IMG/VR virus record: IMGVR_UViG_2671180275_000003
Source of the DNA: a virus
Lineage: Duplodnaviria > Heunggongvirae > Uroviricota > Caudoviricetes
Direction: 5' to 3' (one strand)
Length of the DNA: 5,078 bases
In this document: piece after piece, positions 4,994 through 5,078 of the stretch
Position numbering within the stretch: position 1 is the first letter of the stretch
Layout: the number at the start of each line of letters is the position of its first letter
The notes under the pieces: generated by a model
Seen by the model: the letters and a program-made list of their open reading frames with translations, nothing else
Told to the model about the DNA's origin: nothing
The model's database searches: none
Position numbers and translations under genes: made by a program

Positions 4994-5078
4994 ATGTCGA
5001 TTAAGCAACTCAAAGACGGGCGTTATAAGGTTGATGTAAGACCGCAAGGGACGGAAGGAAAGCGGATCCGTAAGATTT
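4994..5078 (+). CDS. int: Tyrosine integrase, N-terminal 28 codons only (P2-type); continues beyond the window
   Basis: MSIKQLKDGRYKVDVRPQGTEGKRIRKI closely parallels the P2 Int N-terminus as I recall it (MAIKKLDDGRYEVDIRPTGRNGKRIRRKF). Strong SD GGAGG 8 nt upstream; no terminator between repressor and int. Confidence 0.7.
   Translation, partial: MSIKQLKDGRYKVDVRPQGTEGKRIRKI

Larger units (their letters stand above)
1..5078. mobile_element. Part of a temperate phage/prophage: immunity (repressor-integrase) and early leftward operon, P2/186-like layout
   Basis: Repressor then integrase on + strand; divergent compact operon on - strand starting with a Cox/Apl-like gene and containing dam, exonuclease and many small ORFs with overlapping stop/start codons. 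Window boundaries are not element boundaries. Confidence 0.7.

Noticed and set aside
1-5078. CRISPR array, tRNA/rRNA genes, IS element or att site
   Set aside because: No spaced direct repeats, no tRNA-like cloverleaf-capable segments and no terminal inverted repeats were seen; the coding density leaves no room for them in this window.

Overview
This window reads as the early/immunity region of a temperate phage or prophage with P2/186-like organisation, in an enterobacterial-like GC background (~50%). On the + strand at the right end, an HTH-XRE repressor (4583..4924) is followed by the 5' end of a tyrosine integrase (4994 to window edge), matching the C-int arrangement of P2-type phages. 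On the - strand, running leftward from a short switch region (4479..4582) that holds a perfect 11-bp inverted repeat, is a compact operon of tightly packed, partly translationally coupled genes: a Cox/Apl-like HTH protein, several small proteins of unknown function, two tiny hydrophobic peptides not in the ORF track, a DEDDh 3'-5' exonuclease, a Dam-family adenine methyltransferase with an unusual Cys-rich C-terminal tail, and a DUF4406-like protein that runs off the left edge. No rRNA, tRNA, CRISPR array or IS element is visible. All family assignments rest on motif recognition by eye, not on database searches, and no attachment site lies in the window. The most interesting items are the extended Dam, the operator palindrome in the switch, the two unannotated mini-ORFs and the block of unknown small genes.
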